From a virus: DNA of 64,000 nt. Below the pieces are notes generated by a model. The model saw nothing but the letters and a program-made list of their open reading frames with translations, was not told where the DNA came from and searched no databases. The DNA lies in IMG/VR virus record IMGVR_UViG_3300047409_000248, positions 10,180 through 74,179 of that record; one strand, written 5' to 3'. The position numbers and the translations under genes are program-made. Below, one piece after another: positions 1 through 9,626 of the stretch (positions are counted from its first letter, which is position 1; every line of letters starts with the position of its first letter).

Positions 1-56
1 GCTTCGGTGCCATTGCGATATTCAAGGGCCTGAGTAGCGAGAAAAAGAGTGACGCC

Positions 57-242
57 ATGGAGGACAAGAGAATTGAATGGGAGGCCATGGAGCGGCTTCG
101 CTCGATAGATGAGAACACACAAAAGATCGCTGATAACCAAAGGGCTATGCTGGAGAATGTTCGTGGAGCTACGGACCAGATCAGGGGCTTGACGGAACAG
201 ATGAAAGCTCTGGCCGCAGCCATTTGGAACAGGGGCGTATAA
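57..242 (+). CDS. Hypothetical coiled-coil protein
   Basis: 61-aa ORF, TAATG-coupled to the next gene. Confidence 0.55.
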   Translation: MEDKRIEWEAMERLRSIDENTQKIADNQRAMLENVRGATDQIRGLTEQMKALAAAIWNRGV

Positions 243-778
243 TGGCTAATGGTGAAAAAGTCGTGGTCACTAATCCAGACCCGACAGAAGCTGTTAAAGA
301 AGCGTTAACGCTTGCGATTAAAAATTTATCTGACCAAGTTGCCAACCAGTTTGATGCAAATGATAAAGCAGTCATCCTTGCGCGCGATGAACTTGCATCA
401 CAACTTAGCGCGATGATTGTCACTATCGATGGTAAGTTTGCTGCCAACAAGGATTTGGTCGACCAATTGGCCAAAGCCAATGCGGTTGCTCTGACTGCGG
501 CGCTGAGCACTCAGAAGGAAAGTGCCGCCAAGAGCGAGGTGGCGGTTGGAGATATGCTCAAGCAGTTACAGGCTTCGTTCGAGACCGCGAACCGCACCAC
601 GAATGAGAAGATTGACCGGCTGACCTCCAGAATGGATACCGGAGAAGGGCGTGGGTTCGGCACTGTAGAAAGCAAGCATGATCGGTTTGCTGATAAAGGA
701 CAGGCGCTGACTATTGTAGCGATAATAATCGCTGGGGCGGCTCTCGCCTATTCCATCTTTGGACATTTTAAGCCATAG
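242..778 (+). CDS. Coiled-coil protein with C-terminal TM helix (possible lysis-module membrane protein)
   Basis: ATG at 242 overlaps the upstream TAA; long heptad region, then hydrophobic LTIVAIIIAGAALAYSIF. Confidence 0.65.
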   Translation: MANGEKVVVTNPDPTEAVKEALTLAIKNLSDQVANQFDANDKAVILARDELASQLSAMIVTIDGKFAANKDLVDQLAKANAVALTAALSTQKESAAKSEVAVGDMLKQLQASFETANRTTNEKIDRLTSRMDTGEGRGFGTVESKHDRFADKGQALTIVAIIIAGAALAYSIFGHFKP

Positions 779-861
779 AAAAAGACCTTCTTGTCAAGAC
801 TTTAACCTCACTATCTATCATGTTAGCCACCCTTACCTAAATCAGGCAGGGGTTCTTCCTT

Positions 862-1215
862 ATGAAGAAGATCATCATCACCACGATCTTTCTATTACTC
901 ACGTCAGCCGCACAAGCCCAGATCATCTCCCATCCCAGTGGATGCCCTCGCAGGGCATTCTGTGGCTGTGGCGCTGCGGTGGAAGTATTCGGTAGGCCAA
1001 TAAGGGACCTCTGGCTGGCAGCTAACTGGTTCCGCTTCCCAAGAAGCCATCCAGCGCCCGGGATGGCGGCGGTACGGCGCCATCATGTGTTTGTGTTGCG
1101 CCAGCACGTCGCTGGTAACGTCTGGCTGGTCTATGACGCCAATTCAGGTCGGCATCAGACCCGTGTCCACACTCGATCCCTGAGCGGATACGTGGTAGTA
1201 AATCCACGTGGCTAA
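862..1215 (+). CDS. Secreted CHAP/NlpC-like Cys-His peptidase (candidate signal-peptide endolysin)
   Basis: Signal peptide MKKIIITTIFLLLTSAAQA; FCGCG...LWLAANW...PAPGMAAVRRHHVFVL...VYDANSG resembles CHAP catalytic motifs. Confidence 0.55.
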   Translation: MKKIIITTIFLLLTSAAQAQIISHPSGCPRRAFCGCGAAVEVFGRPIRDLWLAANWFRFPRSHPAPGMAAVRRHHVFVLRQHVAGNVWLVYDANSGRHQTRVHTRSLSGYVVVNPRG

Positions 1216-1432
1216 AATCTTTGTATTAATCCTGTTGCTGGGTAGTGATTCAGCACAAGCGGCTGACTTTGAGGAACCAAAAATACCGTCTCGGTTCACA
1301 TGCGCCATCGTCAAGGCGCTATACAAAAAGTACTCAAAGCAATACTCGCAGGTAGATATGGAAAACTACCTGCGAAGTAAGCATATACCGGAAGAGAAGA
1401 TAGAGAGTGCTAGACGGTGCTTGGCGGCGTAA
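1208..1432 (+). CDS. Small secreted hypothetical protein
   Basis: N-terminal hydrophobic signal; overlaps the upstream stop. Confidence 0.5.
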   Translation: MAKIFVLILLLGSDSAQAADFEEPKIPSRFTCAIVKALYKKYSKQYSQVDMENYLRSKHIPEEKIESARRCLAA

Positions 1433-1652
1433 CTGCCGTGGTCAGCGCCGTGTTGTTGGTCTCGATCTGGGTAGCCGCCGCATCGATAGCAGCCTGATCG
1501 TTGGCGGCAAGAGCGGCTACAACGGCAGCCACAGCTTCGGTATTGGCCGCAACAGCGGTATTAAGACGGGTAAGGTCAGCCATGATGATCTCCAAGAGTT
1601 CGCGGTCAGTCCGCCAAAACCATCGGCGGTAAAGCCTGAGGTATCGTACCAT
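1410..1652 (-). CDS. Ala-rich hypothetical phage protein
   Basis: GGAGG RBS upstream; IMADLTRLNTAVAANT coiled coil. Confidence 0.6.
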   Translation of the reverse strand: MVRYLRLYRRWFWRTDRELLEIIMADLTRLNTAVAANTEAVAAVVAALAANDQAAIDAAATQIETNNTALTTAVTPPSTV

Positions 1653-1679
1653 TAGTCCCTCCTGCTGTCAGCTACAACA

Positions 1680-2078
1680 TTATGAACCTGATATAGTTGC
1701 AGCTACAGCTTGGGCGTAATCCAGTTTTCTATCAAGCTCCTTGACGTGACGCTCATGCCCAATAAGTGCGTCATCCTTGGTGGAATAGCGCTCGCAGGAC
1801 ATCTCCTCGCCCATATCACACACACAATTGCCAGCATCGCCCGGCTTTTCCCAACGATGGTCATCGAAGACCATTGTCTCAAACAGGATCGGGGGGCCTT
1901 TTCCTGACCAATTATGGTCAATACCGAGAAAGACGGTCGAAACAAGATAACCATCTCTTTCGTACTGTTTTATGACAGTATTATCATGGTTCTCAAACCA
2001 AGTACCCCATACCCGCAAGGGTACATCTTTTGGGATGCCTTCTTCGTCCAGTATCCAGCGCTTGATACGATCAATCAT
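1680..2078 (-). CDS. Conserved hypothetical phage protein
   Basis: VSTVFLGIDH...PILFETMVF...RYST...A..GH motif, typical of a widespread phage family. Confidence 0.7.
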   Translation of the reverse strand: MIDRIKRWILDEEGIPKDVPLRVWGTWFENHDNTVIKQYERDGYLVSTVFLGIDHNWSGKGPPILFETMVFDDHRWEKPGDAGNCVCDMGEEMSCERYSTKDDALIGHERHVKELDRKLDYAQAVAATISGS

Positions 2079-2277
2079 CGCAAGCCGCCTCCGCCCAGCT
2101 AGCCAGCATCACCGGCAGTCCATACTCTCCATGTAAGTCGGCGGGCTTCCATTCCTCTTCAACCTCAGAGGCTAAATCCTCTTGCATGCGAACAAGCTCG
2201 CCGCAGAACTCCATTAGTTCTCCATAGCTCATCTCCAAGATGAGGGCTGCGATTTTGGCCTTCCTTGATTTATCCAT
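2071..2277 (-). CDS. Hypothetical protein
   Basis: Coupled to both neighbours. Confidence 0.6.
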   Translation of the reverse strand: MDKSRKAKIAALILEMSYGELMEFCGELVRMQEDLASEVEEEWKPADLHGEYGLPVMLASWAEAACDD

Positions 2278-3533
2278 CAGTGCCTTACTCCAAATCCCAT
2301 AGAGCGGACCTTACCGCCCTTACCCTGATTGAATAGCTCGGCAATGGTGTACTCGCGCTTCTCCATGGGGATGGGAAGACTGGCCGCCTTGGCCGCCGCC
2401 TGAGCCTCAGTCAGGTTCAGGGCGCGAGTATGCAGAACCCCAAAGCATCGTCCCGGACGCAGTAGCGCCTGATCTACCCGGGTAAAATCATTCAGGTTGG
2501 TGGTAAACACCAGCTTCTTATTGGGAAGCTTGATCAGGCCGTCCGAGACGTTCAGGAAGCGGGACATCATGTCATTGCCATCCCGCTCCCGGTCAGACAG
2601 GATGGTATCGGCATCCTCGATGATCAGGACATCGCCGTCTTCATCAAACAGGAAGCTCTGGAACACCTTATCGTTACGCATCAGGGCCTCATCATAGATA
2701 ACGTGAGCCGTCAGCTTGTGGTCCACGATCAGATGGCGCAGCAGCGTGGTCTTGCCGGTGCCGGGAGGGCCAGACAGCATCAGGATGCTCTCCGGAGCCG
2801 CCAGATATTCTTCCAGATATTTGGCCGGATCACCCAAGTCCGGGTAGAATTCAGGACGCAGAACGGTCTTATTGGGCGGCAGATGCATATCCCGGGTGAC
2901 AGGACCATGCTGTTCTTGGGTCCACCATTTGATCTGGGATAACTGGGTATTGTCCAGAGAGGACTCGATCTCATTCTGGACGGCCTCAACAGCATCAGGA
3001 TGACCTAGTATCTCTATGCCGATATCATAAACACCAAGAGAAGATTTTCCTCTGCGGATATTGTTGGTGGTGGCTTGAATGAGAATGGGATACTTGTCGT
3101 GCTTGCCGGTCACAATCACATTATGTCCTCCCCACGGCATGACAGCGCGAGCATTCTTAAGAGGCGCCTTCAAGCGCTCAATAATGCTGGCCATGGAATT
3201 TTGCTCTTTATCCAGACACACGCTTACCTTAGCGCTCAGGATATCCGTGGCATTATCCACGATAAACTTCTGAGTGAATTGATGCCAACTGGAGCCATCC
3301 ACGACGGTAGAATGGCCCATATCCATTAGCTTGCCGATATCAGTCACTGACTTTTTCCCTCTTGTGATCTCTGTAATTCCCGCTGAGGCTCTGCCTGCTG
3401 TCCACCAGCCTTGTGGAGCAACGCATTCTTCCAGAAATATTTCTTTATAGTGTTTGTATTCTTCTTCATTCCATACGGACGGAAGAGCACCTATGTTCTC
3501 CGTATCGTCTTCCCACTCATGGTCCTCTTCCAT
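2277..3533 (-). CDS. AAA+ ATPase
   Basis: Walker A GPPGTGKTT, Walker B LIIEDAD, SRH FTTN...VDQALLRPGR. Confidence 0.92.
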   Translation of the reverse strand: MEEDHEWEDDTENIGALPSVWNEEEYKHYKEIFLEECVAPQGWWTAGRASAGITEITRGKKSVTDIGKLMDMGHSTVVDGSSWHQFTQKFIVDNATDILSAKVSVCLDKEQNSMASIIERLKAPLKNARAVMPWGGHNVIVTGKHDKYPILIQATTNNIRRGKSSLGVYDIGIEILGHPDAVEAVQNEIESSLDNTQLSQIKWWTQEQHGPVTRDMHLPPNKTVLRPEFYPDLGDPAKYLEEYLAAPESILMLSGPPGTGKTTLLRHLIVDHKLTAHVIYDEALMRNDKVFQSFLFDEDGDVLIIEDADTILSDRERDGNDMMSRFLNVSDGLIKLPNKKLVFTTNLNDFTRVDQALLRPGRCFGVLHTRALNLTEAQAAAKAASLPIPMEKREYTIAELFNQGKGGKVRSMGFGVRH

Positions 3534-3868
3534 CCTGACGCTCTCGATCCCGGAAATGGCCTACTCTTCCTTAGTTTTACACCCAGATGTTTGGCTTTTT
3601 TATGGTAGATGCGGGATTTTTCCGCAACATCTGCTTTTGTTTTGATCTTGTCGCAGGCTTCGTGAATAGGACGAAGGTTACTCTCACGATTTTCCCCACC
3701 GTTAATCAGCGCAATAGTGTGGTCACACACCCATCGTTTGGCGACAATCTTGATGGTGCAAATGCCACAGATGCCGCCATGGTTAGTAAAAATCCTAATG
3801 CGAACGCGAGGAGGAATGGCCGCGTCATCATTCTTTCCAATCCATTCCTCATCCAGACTTCTGCTCAT
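3491..3868 (-). CDS. HNH endonuclease
   Basis: CGIC...DHTIALINGGENRESNLRPIHEAC; AAGGAG RBS before the ATG at 3868. Confidence 0.88.
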   Translation of the reverse strand: MSRSLDEEWIGKNDDAAIPPRVRIRIFTNHGGICGICTIKIVAKRWVCDHTIALINGGENRESNLRPIHEACDKIKTKADVAEKSRIYHKKAKHLGVKLRKSRPFPGSRASGWKRTMSGKTIRRT

Positions 3869-4055
3869 CGGACTCCTTGCCTGATCGCCAGAGTAATTAG
3901 AAAACAACCCAGCAAAAGATGCCGATGACCCCGATCAGCAGTGGGGTCATGGCGATGAATATCAACCAGTTCTTTAGTGTGCTCATTCACTACCTCGGAC
4001 AGCCGGCCTGATCGCTATTGTGGCATCTCTGCGATGGTCTCATGTGTTTCGCTTT

Positions 4056-4205
4056 CTACTGATGACCGTCGAAGTCGGCCTCTAGCCACCGCATCAAATC
4101 TTCGAAATTGTCGAATGTCTTCGCGGGCGGCTTCTTCGCGGCTTCCAAAAGCTCTTTAACAAAGTCGGGGCCATATTTCTGAGGTTCGTCTTTCTCGCGG
4201 GGCAT
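4056..4205 (-). CDS. Small protein resembling the C-terminal part of RelB/DinJ-type antitoxins
   Basis: AAGGAG RBS; ELLEAAKK...KTFDNFEDLMRWLE. Confidence 0.4.
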   Translation of the reverse strand: MPREKDEPQKYGPDFVKELLEAAKKPPAKTFDNFEDLMRWLEADFDGHQ

Positions 4206-4227
4206 CCCCGGTCTCCTTGCCTGATCG

Positions 4228-4413
4228 CTAGTGCGGGTCCGTTGGGCCAAACCAATCCTCGACCGCCTTCTGGATGGTCATGGCGAGGTCGTGGCAGGCA
4301 TTTTCATGAGCCGTGAAGCCGCCTCGGGCGCTCGAATGCTCGTCAGGCGGAACATCCTTCAGGAAATGTTCGGCTAGTTCGTAGCAGGCTGGATCATAAT
4401 TCTTGGTGCCCAT
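4228..4413 (-). CDS. Hypothetical phage protein
   Basis: YDPACYELAEHFL...LAMTIQKAVEDW; GAAGG RBS. Confidence 0.6.
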   Translation of the reverse strand: MGTKNYDPACYELAEHFLKDVPPDEHSSARGGFTAHENACHDLAMTIQKAVEDWFGPTDPH

Positions 4414-4488
4414 TTTGATACCTTCGCGGATCATCGTTGTTGAAAAGATACGTCTAAGTTTCATTGTTTCGGAGTGTTTGAATGATCG

Positions 4489-4764
4489 CTACATTCCCTT
4501 AGGCTTACGGTATACACAAAGCAGCTTGGGTTTATACCCACGTAATATGCAAAGGTGATCCCGGTTATCTTTTGACCAGCGAAGGCGTGGATCAGTATAA
4601 GACAATATGCCGAAATTCTGTACGATTACACCATCCTTTCCTTCTTCAACTGTTCCATCAGGAACAGGAGAACAATGCTGTTCATCACAGCAAGATAGCT
4701 CATACCATTCATGAGCGGCAGCAGGGCCTCCTAGAAGGATCAGGATCGGAAGGAACCACTTCAT
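4489..4764 (-). CDS. Small secreted Cys-rich protein
   Basis: Signal peptide MKWFLPILILLGGPAAA then HEWYELSCCDEQHC; ATGA-coupled at 4761-4764. Confidence 0.7.
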   Translation of the reverse strand: MKWFLPILILLGGPAAAHEWYELSCCDEQHCSPVPDGTVEEGKDGVIVQNFGILSYTDPRLRWSKDNRDHLCILRGYKPKLLCVYRKPKGM

Positions 4765-5081
4765 TTCTTCTTCCAGAACTTGCTGCGCTTGGTGTATTTG
4801 CGTTTTCCTTTGGTCGAAGTCTTTTCCACCTTGATCTTCTTGACCTTGGTTGGCTTGGCAGTAGGGATGCCGCTTTCTATAAAGCTGCATGCTTTCTCAG
4901 CAACATTAATCAGCGCATCGCCATCGAAACCACGCCGGATGAACTCCACAGTAATGCTTTCGCGTCTGCGAAGCGCTTCGCTATAAACTTGGCCTTCCAG
5001 CCAGTCGATGCGGGATTGAGTTGCTTTCTCATACTGGGCTGCTGTGTATTCGTTTTCTTTCTCTCTTTCGGATTTGGTCAT
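4761..5081 (-). CDS. Hypothetical protein with basic C-terminus
   Basis: ATGA coupling at both ends; KRKYTKRSKFWKKK tail. Confidence 0.65.
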   Translation of the reverse strand: MTKSEREKENEYTAAQYEKATQSRIDWLEGQVYSEALRRRESITVEFIRRGFDGDALINVAEKACSFIESGIPTAKPTKVKKIKVEKTSTKGKRKYTKRSKFWKKK

Positions 5082-5410
5082 AGGCGGCTTTCTGCTCTGT
5101 GTGTTGCTTCCTGAGACATGAGTTCTTGAAAACGCATCCTCAAGAACTCCATTTGAACTTTGTATAAATTAGCTTGTCGTCTGGCTTCCACCATCTTGGT
5201 AACGTGATCTTTCCACTGAGGGGAAGACTTAACCAAGACCTCTGCACGATTTACAGCAAGCTTGATGTTCTCGCTGATCAGCTTGCTTGTCATGTCAGCG
5301 AAGTATGCGCTCTTGGTCTCCTCCAGAAGCGATGCGGCAGCGTCTGCGTCAACCCACAGGTTGGCCGCCGTCCTATATTGTTCCGATATGGGCTGGTTGT
5401 TGCTCATCAA
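5078..5410 (-). CDS. Conserved helical phage protein (recombination region)
   Basis: ISEQYR...WVDADAAASLLEETKSA; ATGA-coupled. Confidence 0.7.
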   Translation of the reverse strand: MMSNNQPISEQYRTAANLWVDADAAASLLEETKSAYFADMTSKLISENIKLAVNRAEVLVKSSPQWKDHVTKMVEARRQANLYKVQMEFLRMRFQELMSQEATHRAESRL

Positions 5411-5874
5411 TCCTTCCGATGAAGTTCCAGATGATGAGGTTTACAAAGCCACCTAACCTCTAACGGTTTAGAATAATCATCATGATGAGCTTCTGCCCTC
5501 TTACCGCATTTCTCACATTGCTGTCTGGAAAGCTTTCCATCACGGATCGCGTTTCCAACTTTTATATGAGCACTCCTCTTATCGCGATTGGCCGCAAGCC
5601 ACTTTTCTTTATCTCGCTTTCTAGCCTGAGTCCATTCAGGATCGATACCGTATTTATTTTTATAATTCGCTCTAACTTTTTTCTTTCTGGAATCAGTGCG
5701 GCCTCGGACGCGATCATACTTATGGATATCTTCCAGATTTAGCTCTCGATGCTTCATAACTCTAGTCTTAACGCAATCCTTGCATTTATTAAGATGGCCA
5801 TCCGCCATCTTCTTGTGGACATAGAAGTCCTCAAGATTTTTAACTATACCGCAAGAGTTGCATTTCTTCTTCAT
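5407..5874 (-). CDS. HNH-type endonuclease with Zn ribbons
   Basis: CxxC...FY...CKDC N-terminus; CEKCG...AHHDDYSKPLEVRWLCKPHH. Confidence 0.85.
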   Translation of the reverse strand: MKKKCNSCGIVKNLEDFYVHKKMADGHLNKCKDCVKTRVMKHRELNLEDIHKYDRVRGRTDSRKKKVRANYKNKYGIDPEWTQARKRDKEKWLAANRDKRSAHIKVGNAIRDGKLSRQQCEKCGKRAEAHHDDYSKPLEVRWLCKPHHLELHRKD

Positions 5875-6194
5875 CTAAACTCTGGAGCGAATGGGATGTC
5901 GTCGCTATCCAAATCGTCTGGTTTACGAGCATCTGGTCTGACTTGTGGCGCTGGCCGCTTGAACTTGTTGACTGCTGGCGTGAACGAACCTCCAGTACCT
6001 GTTCCAGCATCGATCTTGGCCTGACCTCGCTTATCTTCAGATACCTGAAGATACTGGTTGCCAGCCGCTGAAGTCTTTTCCCAGAGAGATATGGCATGTT
6101 TGACGCCATCGATCTCTATAACGCCAGAGAAGACTGGTCCGTTGGGGGCGTCCTTGCTGAACAAGGCGCCACTGATGCGATATTTCCCGGTCAT
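5871..6194 (-). CDS. Single-stranded DNA-binding protein (DUF736-like OB fold)
   Basis: GALF...P.FSG.IEI...ISLW...S..G..YL plus acidic DDLDSDDIPF tail; adjacent to ERF. Confidence 0.75.
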   Translation of the reverse strand: MTGKYRISGALFSKDAPNGPVFSGVIEIDGVKHAISLWEKTSAAGNQYLQVSEDKRGQAKIDAGTGTGGSFTPAVNKFKRPAPQVRPDARKPDDLDSDDIPFAPEFR

Positions 6195-7081
6195 GCTTTG
6201 GTCTCCTCTTTCTTCAGGTCATTGATGGCCTTGATGATGGACATGCTCAGATTGGCAAAGGTCTTGGGAGCATCCTTCTCCATCTGGCCCAGCGCCGTCT
6301 GGTTCAGTTCGCGCCACATCTCAGCCATCTCTGAGTTAGGGCTCTCCTTGATTGACGCGATCAATTCCTTGCCAAAAGATACCCAGTCGCTGCCAGTCTG
6401 GTTGGCGTTCATTCCAATCACAATCTTATACGGCCCCTGAATTGTGGTTATCGCTACTCCGTCACCGGGCGGTTCATTTGTCGGCAAGCCGCTCTTGATT
6501 TTTATACCAGTTGATATCGGGTCTTCTTTCATTACATCAGGCTTTGGAGCAATTGGCTTGCGATCCTGAACCTGATTTATAACATTACCATCTGCGGCGT
6601 TGGCATCGTCATCTTCTTCTGCCGCAATGCCCAAGAGGCTTGTCAGTGAGTACCGGCGCATGAAAGTCAGAGCCGAACCAAATTGTTGGTTGCCGCCACC
6701 ATCAAACAATAGCGGCGTCTGGCAAGCGATCCACTGCCCAGAACCATGCATGAGCCGAGTATCCAGAATGTACGTACCCTCATCCAGCTTCATGATTTGT
6801 GTAAACCACAGACCATTCTCTGTCAGGGGCAATCTGACCATATCGATGATATGGTCCAATGTGGCGTAGCGAAATGAATAACCTTGTCCGCCAGATTTGG
6901 GCGTGACCTTGACTTCCCGGTTTCGCTCCGGAGACCTGATCTTGGCTTGAGCCAAAGCCAGCGCCTGTACAAGCTGTTCGATGTTCTCGGAGCGAGTTGG
7001 ATCAGTCCAGCGGGGTAATACGGATACTTCCATTTTTGGCTCGCTTGGCTTGTAAACCACGTCCGTAAATGCGTCTGACAT
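6191..7081 (-). CDS. erf: ERF-family single-strand annealing protein (start uncertain: 7081 or 7033)
   Basis: FRYATLD...HGSGQW...QQFGSALTFMRRYSLTSLLGIAAEEDDDAN ERF signature. Confidence 0.92.
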   Translation of the reverse strand: MSDAFTDVVYKPSEPKMEVSVLPRWTDPTRSENIEQLVQALALAQAKIRSPERNREVKVTPKSGGQGYSFRYATLDHIIDMVRLPLTENGLWFTQIMKLDEGTYILDTRLMHGSGQWIACQTPLLFDGGGNQQFGSALTFMRRYSLTSLLGIAAEEDDDANAADGNVINQVQDRKPIAPKPDVMKEDPISTGIKIKSGLPTNEPPGDGVAITTIQGPYKIVIGMNANQTGSDWVSFGKELIASIKESPNSEMAEMWRELNQTALGQMEKDAPKTFANLSMSIIKAINDLKKEETKA

Positions 7082-7802
7082 CTGCTGGTACCATCCCCTT
7101 GATTGCTTCAACTGACTTTGCGAATTTCTCAGCATGGCCTCTGTTCAAGAGCCAATCATCTGCTGCTTCAGCATAGGCATTGTTTGTGGTCAAATTAAGT
7201 TCTCGCATTTGTTCGTGCGGGACATAAATCGGCGCTGGTTCGATGATAACCGGCTCCGTCATCATCCAGACGTGGTTCATGAACCTGTTAGCCCGTGCCA
7301 TCAATTCGTCAGCGTAGTCTTTGTCGTAATTGACGTACTCGACATATGGCTCAGCAGCGCCAGCAATGATGGAGATCGCGCACTTGTTGCTCTTGGTGCA
7401 TTCCATCTGCCATGTCATCTGCGGGAAGTAGCGCTGAATAATTGTTTCAGTCTTTTCCCATCCTCCCACATGTTTAGTTTCCACTGGGCATAACAAAACC
7501 GGATCGAACCCGTCCAAGGTAGCGGCAGCCCAGTCATGGTCAGGATGTATAACCACCTCGCCACGGCGAGTAAGAGATACCCCGTGCTTTTTCTCGTACC
7601 AATCAAGGTTCAATCCCTCCGTAACTTCGCCCAATCTCACGGGCCAGTTGTCACTGAAGTCTGGCTCGACATAGCCGGGATCGCCAACCATCTCGCGCCA
7701 GAGGTTCATGATGCGCTCCTTGTCACCAGAGACAAGAGAGCCGATAGAGGAAGCCGTTAGCTTCCCCTGCCTAGCCGCTTTCTGTTCAGGAGTGAGTGCC
7801 AC
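7002..7802 (-). CDS. YqaJ/lambda-Exo-like exonuclease
   Basis: R.GKLTAS...G...E...AATLDG...ETK...YFPQMTWQM motifs; adjacent to ERF. Confidence 0.9.
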   Translation of the reverse strand: MALTPEQKAARQGKLTASSIGSLVSGDKERIMNLWREMVGDPGYVEPDFSDNWPVRLGEVTEGLNLDWYEKKHGVSLTRRGEVVIHPDHDWAAATLDGFDPVLLCPVETKHVGGWEKTETIIQRYFPQMTWQMECTKSNKCAISIIAGAAEPYVEYVNYDKDYADELMARANRFMNHVWMMTEPVIIEPAPIYVPHEQMRELNLTTNNAYAEAADDWLLNRGHAEKFAKSVEAIKGMVPADVRRIYGRGLQAKRAKNGSIRITPLD

Positions 7803-7998
7803 GGATTTTCGTTACCTTATCCATAATATTCTTGGCAAATTGCTCTGCATGATCCACATCCATGCCGAACCACGCCACTTCTGTTCCGAAGTGGACAACG
7901 ATCTTTTCCTGATCAATGCCAACTCTAATTACTAATTCCCCCTCATCATCGTCATTAAGTTTTCCTTGAGGAAAATTACCTGTCGGTCCTGCTTTCAT
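7786..7998 (-). CDS. Conserved hypothetical phage protein
   Basis: GPTGNFPQGKLNDDDEGEL...FGTEVAWFGM. Confidence 0.7.
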   Translation of the reverse strand: MKAGPTGNFPQGKLNDDDEGELVIRVGIDQEKIVVHFGTEVAWFGMDVDHAEQFAKNIMDKVTKIRGTHS

Positions 7999-7999
7999 T

Positions 8000-8566
8000 T
8001 TATGATCTCCCGGATGCAGTTGCGAGTTTTGGTAGTTTGAAATCTTTCTTCTGGCGGTCCCTGATCTTGATCTCCATCAGGAACCAGAGAGCAATATTGG
8101 CGAAGTTAGCTGCCAATTCCAAATAGCCAGCACCCTTGATGGTATCCGTGATAAGGAAAGTCCCATTGAAGAAGAGAAAGAATGTTCTAACGTAGAAGCT
8201 ACCGCGCCCACCGGCCAGTACAAGTCTATTGTAAGCTTCTGGTCCCTTATTCTGGAGGATATATCGAGGCAGTGAGATCAGCGTGCTACATAAGAATACC
8301 ATGGCGCCGATCCACATGCTCTGGCGCTGGATGCATGACAGAACAACAATGGTCATATCCAGAAAGATGAACGTCGCCACGAACATCCCTGTCCAGTCAA
8401 AGACCCAGAGATAGAGATCATTGATCCGGGCGACTAACCAAGCATCAGCCTTTTTGTAAATCTCCATGGCGTCATGCTGCCTTTGACTTCTTGACAAATT
8501 TACCGTTCTCGCGAATGGCTCCACGCCGCCGCGCCATGCCTTCCTTTCGGCCAGCAGCCCGAACAC
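8000..8566 (-). CDS. Multi-pass membrane protein (true start probably near 8467)
   Basis: About four hydrophobic segments. Confidence 0.6.
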   Translation of the reverse strand: MFGLLAERKAWRGGVEPFARTVNLSRSQRQHDAMEIYKKADAWLVARINDLYLWVFDWTGMFVATFIFLDMTIVVLSCIQRQSMWIGAMVFLCSTLISLPRYILQNKGPEAYNRLVLAGGRGSFYVRTFFLFFNGTFLITDTIKGAGYLELAANFANIALWFLMEIKIRDRQKKDFKLPKLATASGRS

Positions 8567-9626
8567 TAGGGAGATCGGAGCGTTCGATCAGACGATTGAT
8601 CTTCTGGCCCTTGTTCATATGATCGACCATCAGACGATAGAGTAGATCAGCCGCCGCTCCACCACCAGCAGAAAGCTTCTGAATAGTGGGATCAGTCAAA
8701 GGAAACGCCTTCAGCTTCAAGCGCTGCTTGGCGTCAATCACCAAACGATTTTTATCCCAGAAGTTTTCATGAAGTGTAAATACCTTGGCAATCATGTTGA
8801 GGAAGTTCGCTCGCAAATGCGTCGTCAGGTCTACATATTTGACGCCTTTGATACCCCAGATTTCATCGATCACTTCATAGAAGCGATAGATGTTATCGCG
8901 CAAAACCTGAATGCCGACTTCATCAGCCACCCGAGCCAGCAATGGTGGGATCAAGGTAACGGAAGTAGTCGGCCCTACAGAAGCAATACCTCTAGATAGG
9001 TGCAGCGCCACCTTGCAGTAGGAAGAGGCCGTCATAAGCTCGTTGCGGCTCATGCGTTGGTTCCAGCAAACACGCCCATAAAGCGCAAAACTGGGATCAT
9101 TGTGCGTGAGGCCATAGAGCGTAAGCAGCCCGTTACTTTCCTCGCGAGCATTGCGAAGAATGATATTGGGAGACATCGCAGTGCGGCGGACATTCAGCAA
9201 CGTAAAGAGTTCCTTCTCACTCTCACGCGTGGTGCTGAAGCGAACTTCGGCGCCAATCCTGATAGAGGCGATATCGTCTGGATTATTGACGGCATACTTG
9301 CGGAGCGCGCTTACCCGCTGGAGACCGTCGATGATATAAACATCATCCTCCAGATAGAACATCTGGCCGCGCGTCGTAAACTTCTCGCCACGCATGCCCA
9401 GCATAATGTCAGGCAGGCGCGTATGGTTCTCTACTGCGGCGTAGATAGATGATTTCTGCTTGTTGGCATGCTCCAGAATTTCCCGCTGGTAATCACCAAC
9501 ACGAAGCTCCAGAAGTGCAGCCAGATCAAGCCAGCCGTGTGCAACAATAGTTCCGTCACCCTTGTCATCCAGAGTAGCGTTCTGGAGGCGAACGGCAACG
9601 ATCTCCCTCTCATGCTTGGCAGCCAT
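8472..9626 (-). CDS. ParB/Srx-fold, DGQHR(DndB)-like protein
   Basis: YQRE...IMLGMR...YIIDGLQR...ELFTLLN...MSPN; AGAGGGAAA RBS. Confidence 0.7.
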   Translation of the reverse strand: MAAKHEREIVAVRLQNATLDDKGDGTIVAHGWLDLAALLELRVGDYQREILEHANKQKSSIYAAVENHTRLPDIMLGMRGEKFTTRGQMFYLEDDVYIIDGLQRVSALRKYAVNNPDDIASIRIGAEVRFSTTRESEKELFTLLNVRRTAMSPNIILRNAREESNGLLTLYGLTHNDPSFALYGRVCWNQRMSRNELMTASSYCKVALHLSRGIASVGPTTSVTLIPPLLARVADEVGIQVLRDNIYRFYEVIDEIWGIKGVKYVDLTTHLRANFLNMIAKVFTLHENFWDKNRLVIDAKQRLKLKAFPLTDPTIQKLSAGGGAAADLLYRLMVDHMNKGQKINRLIERSDLPSVRAAGRKEGMARRRGAIRENGKFVKKSKAA

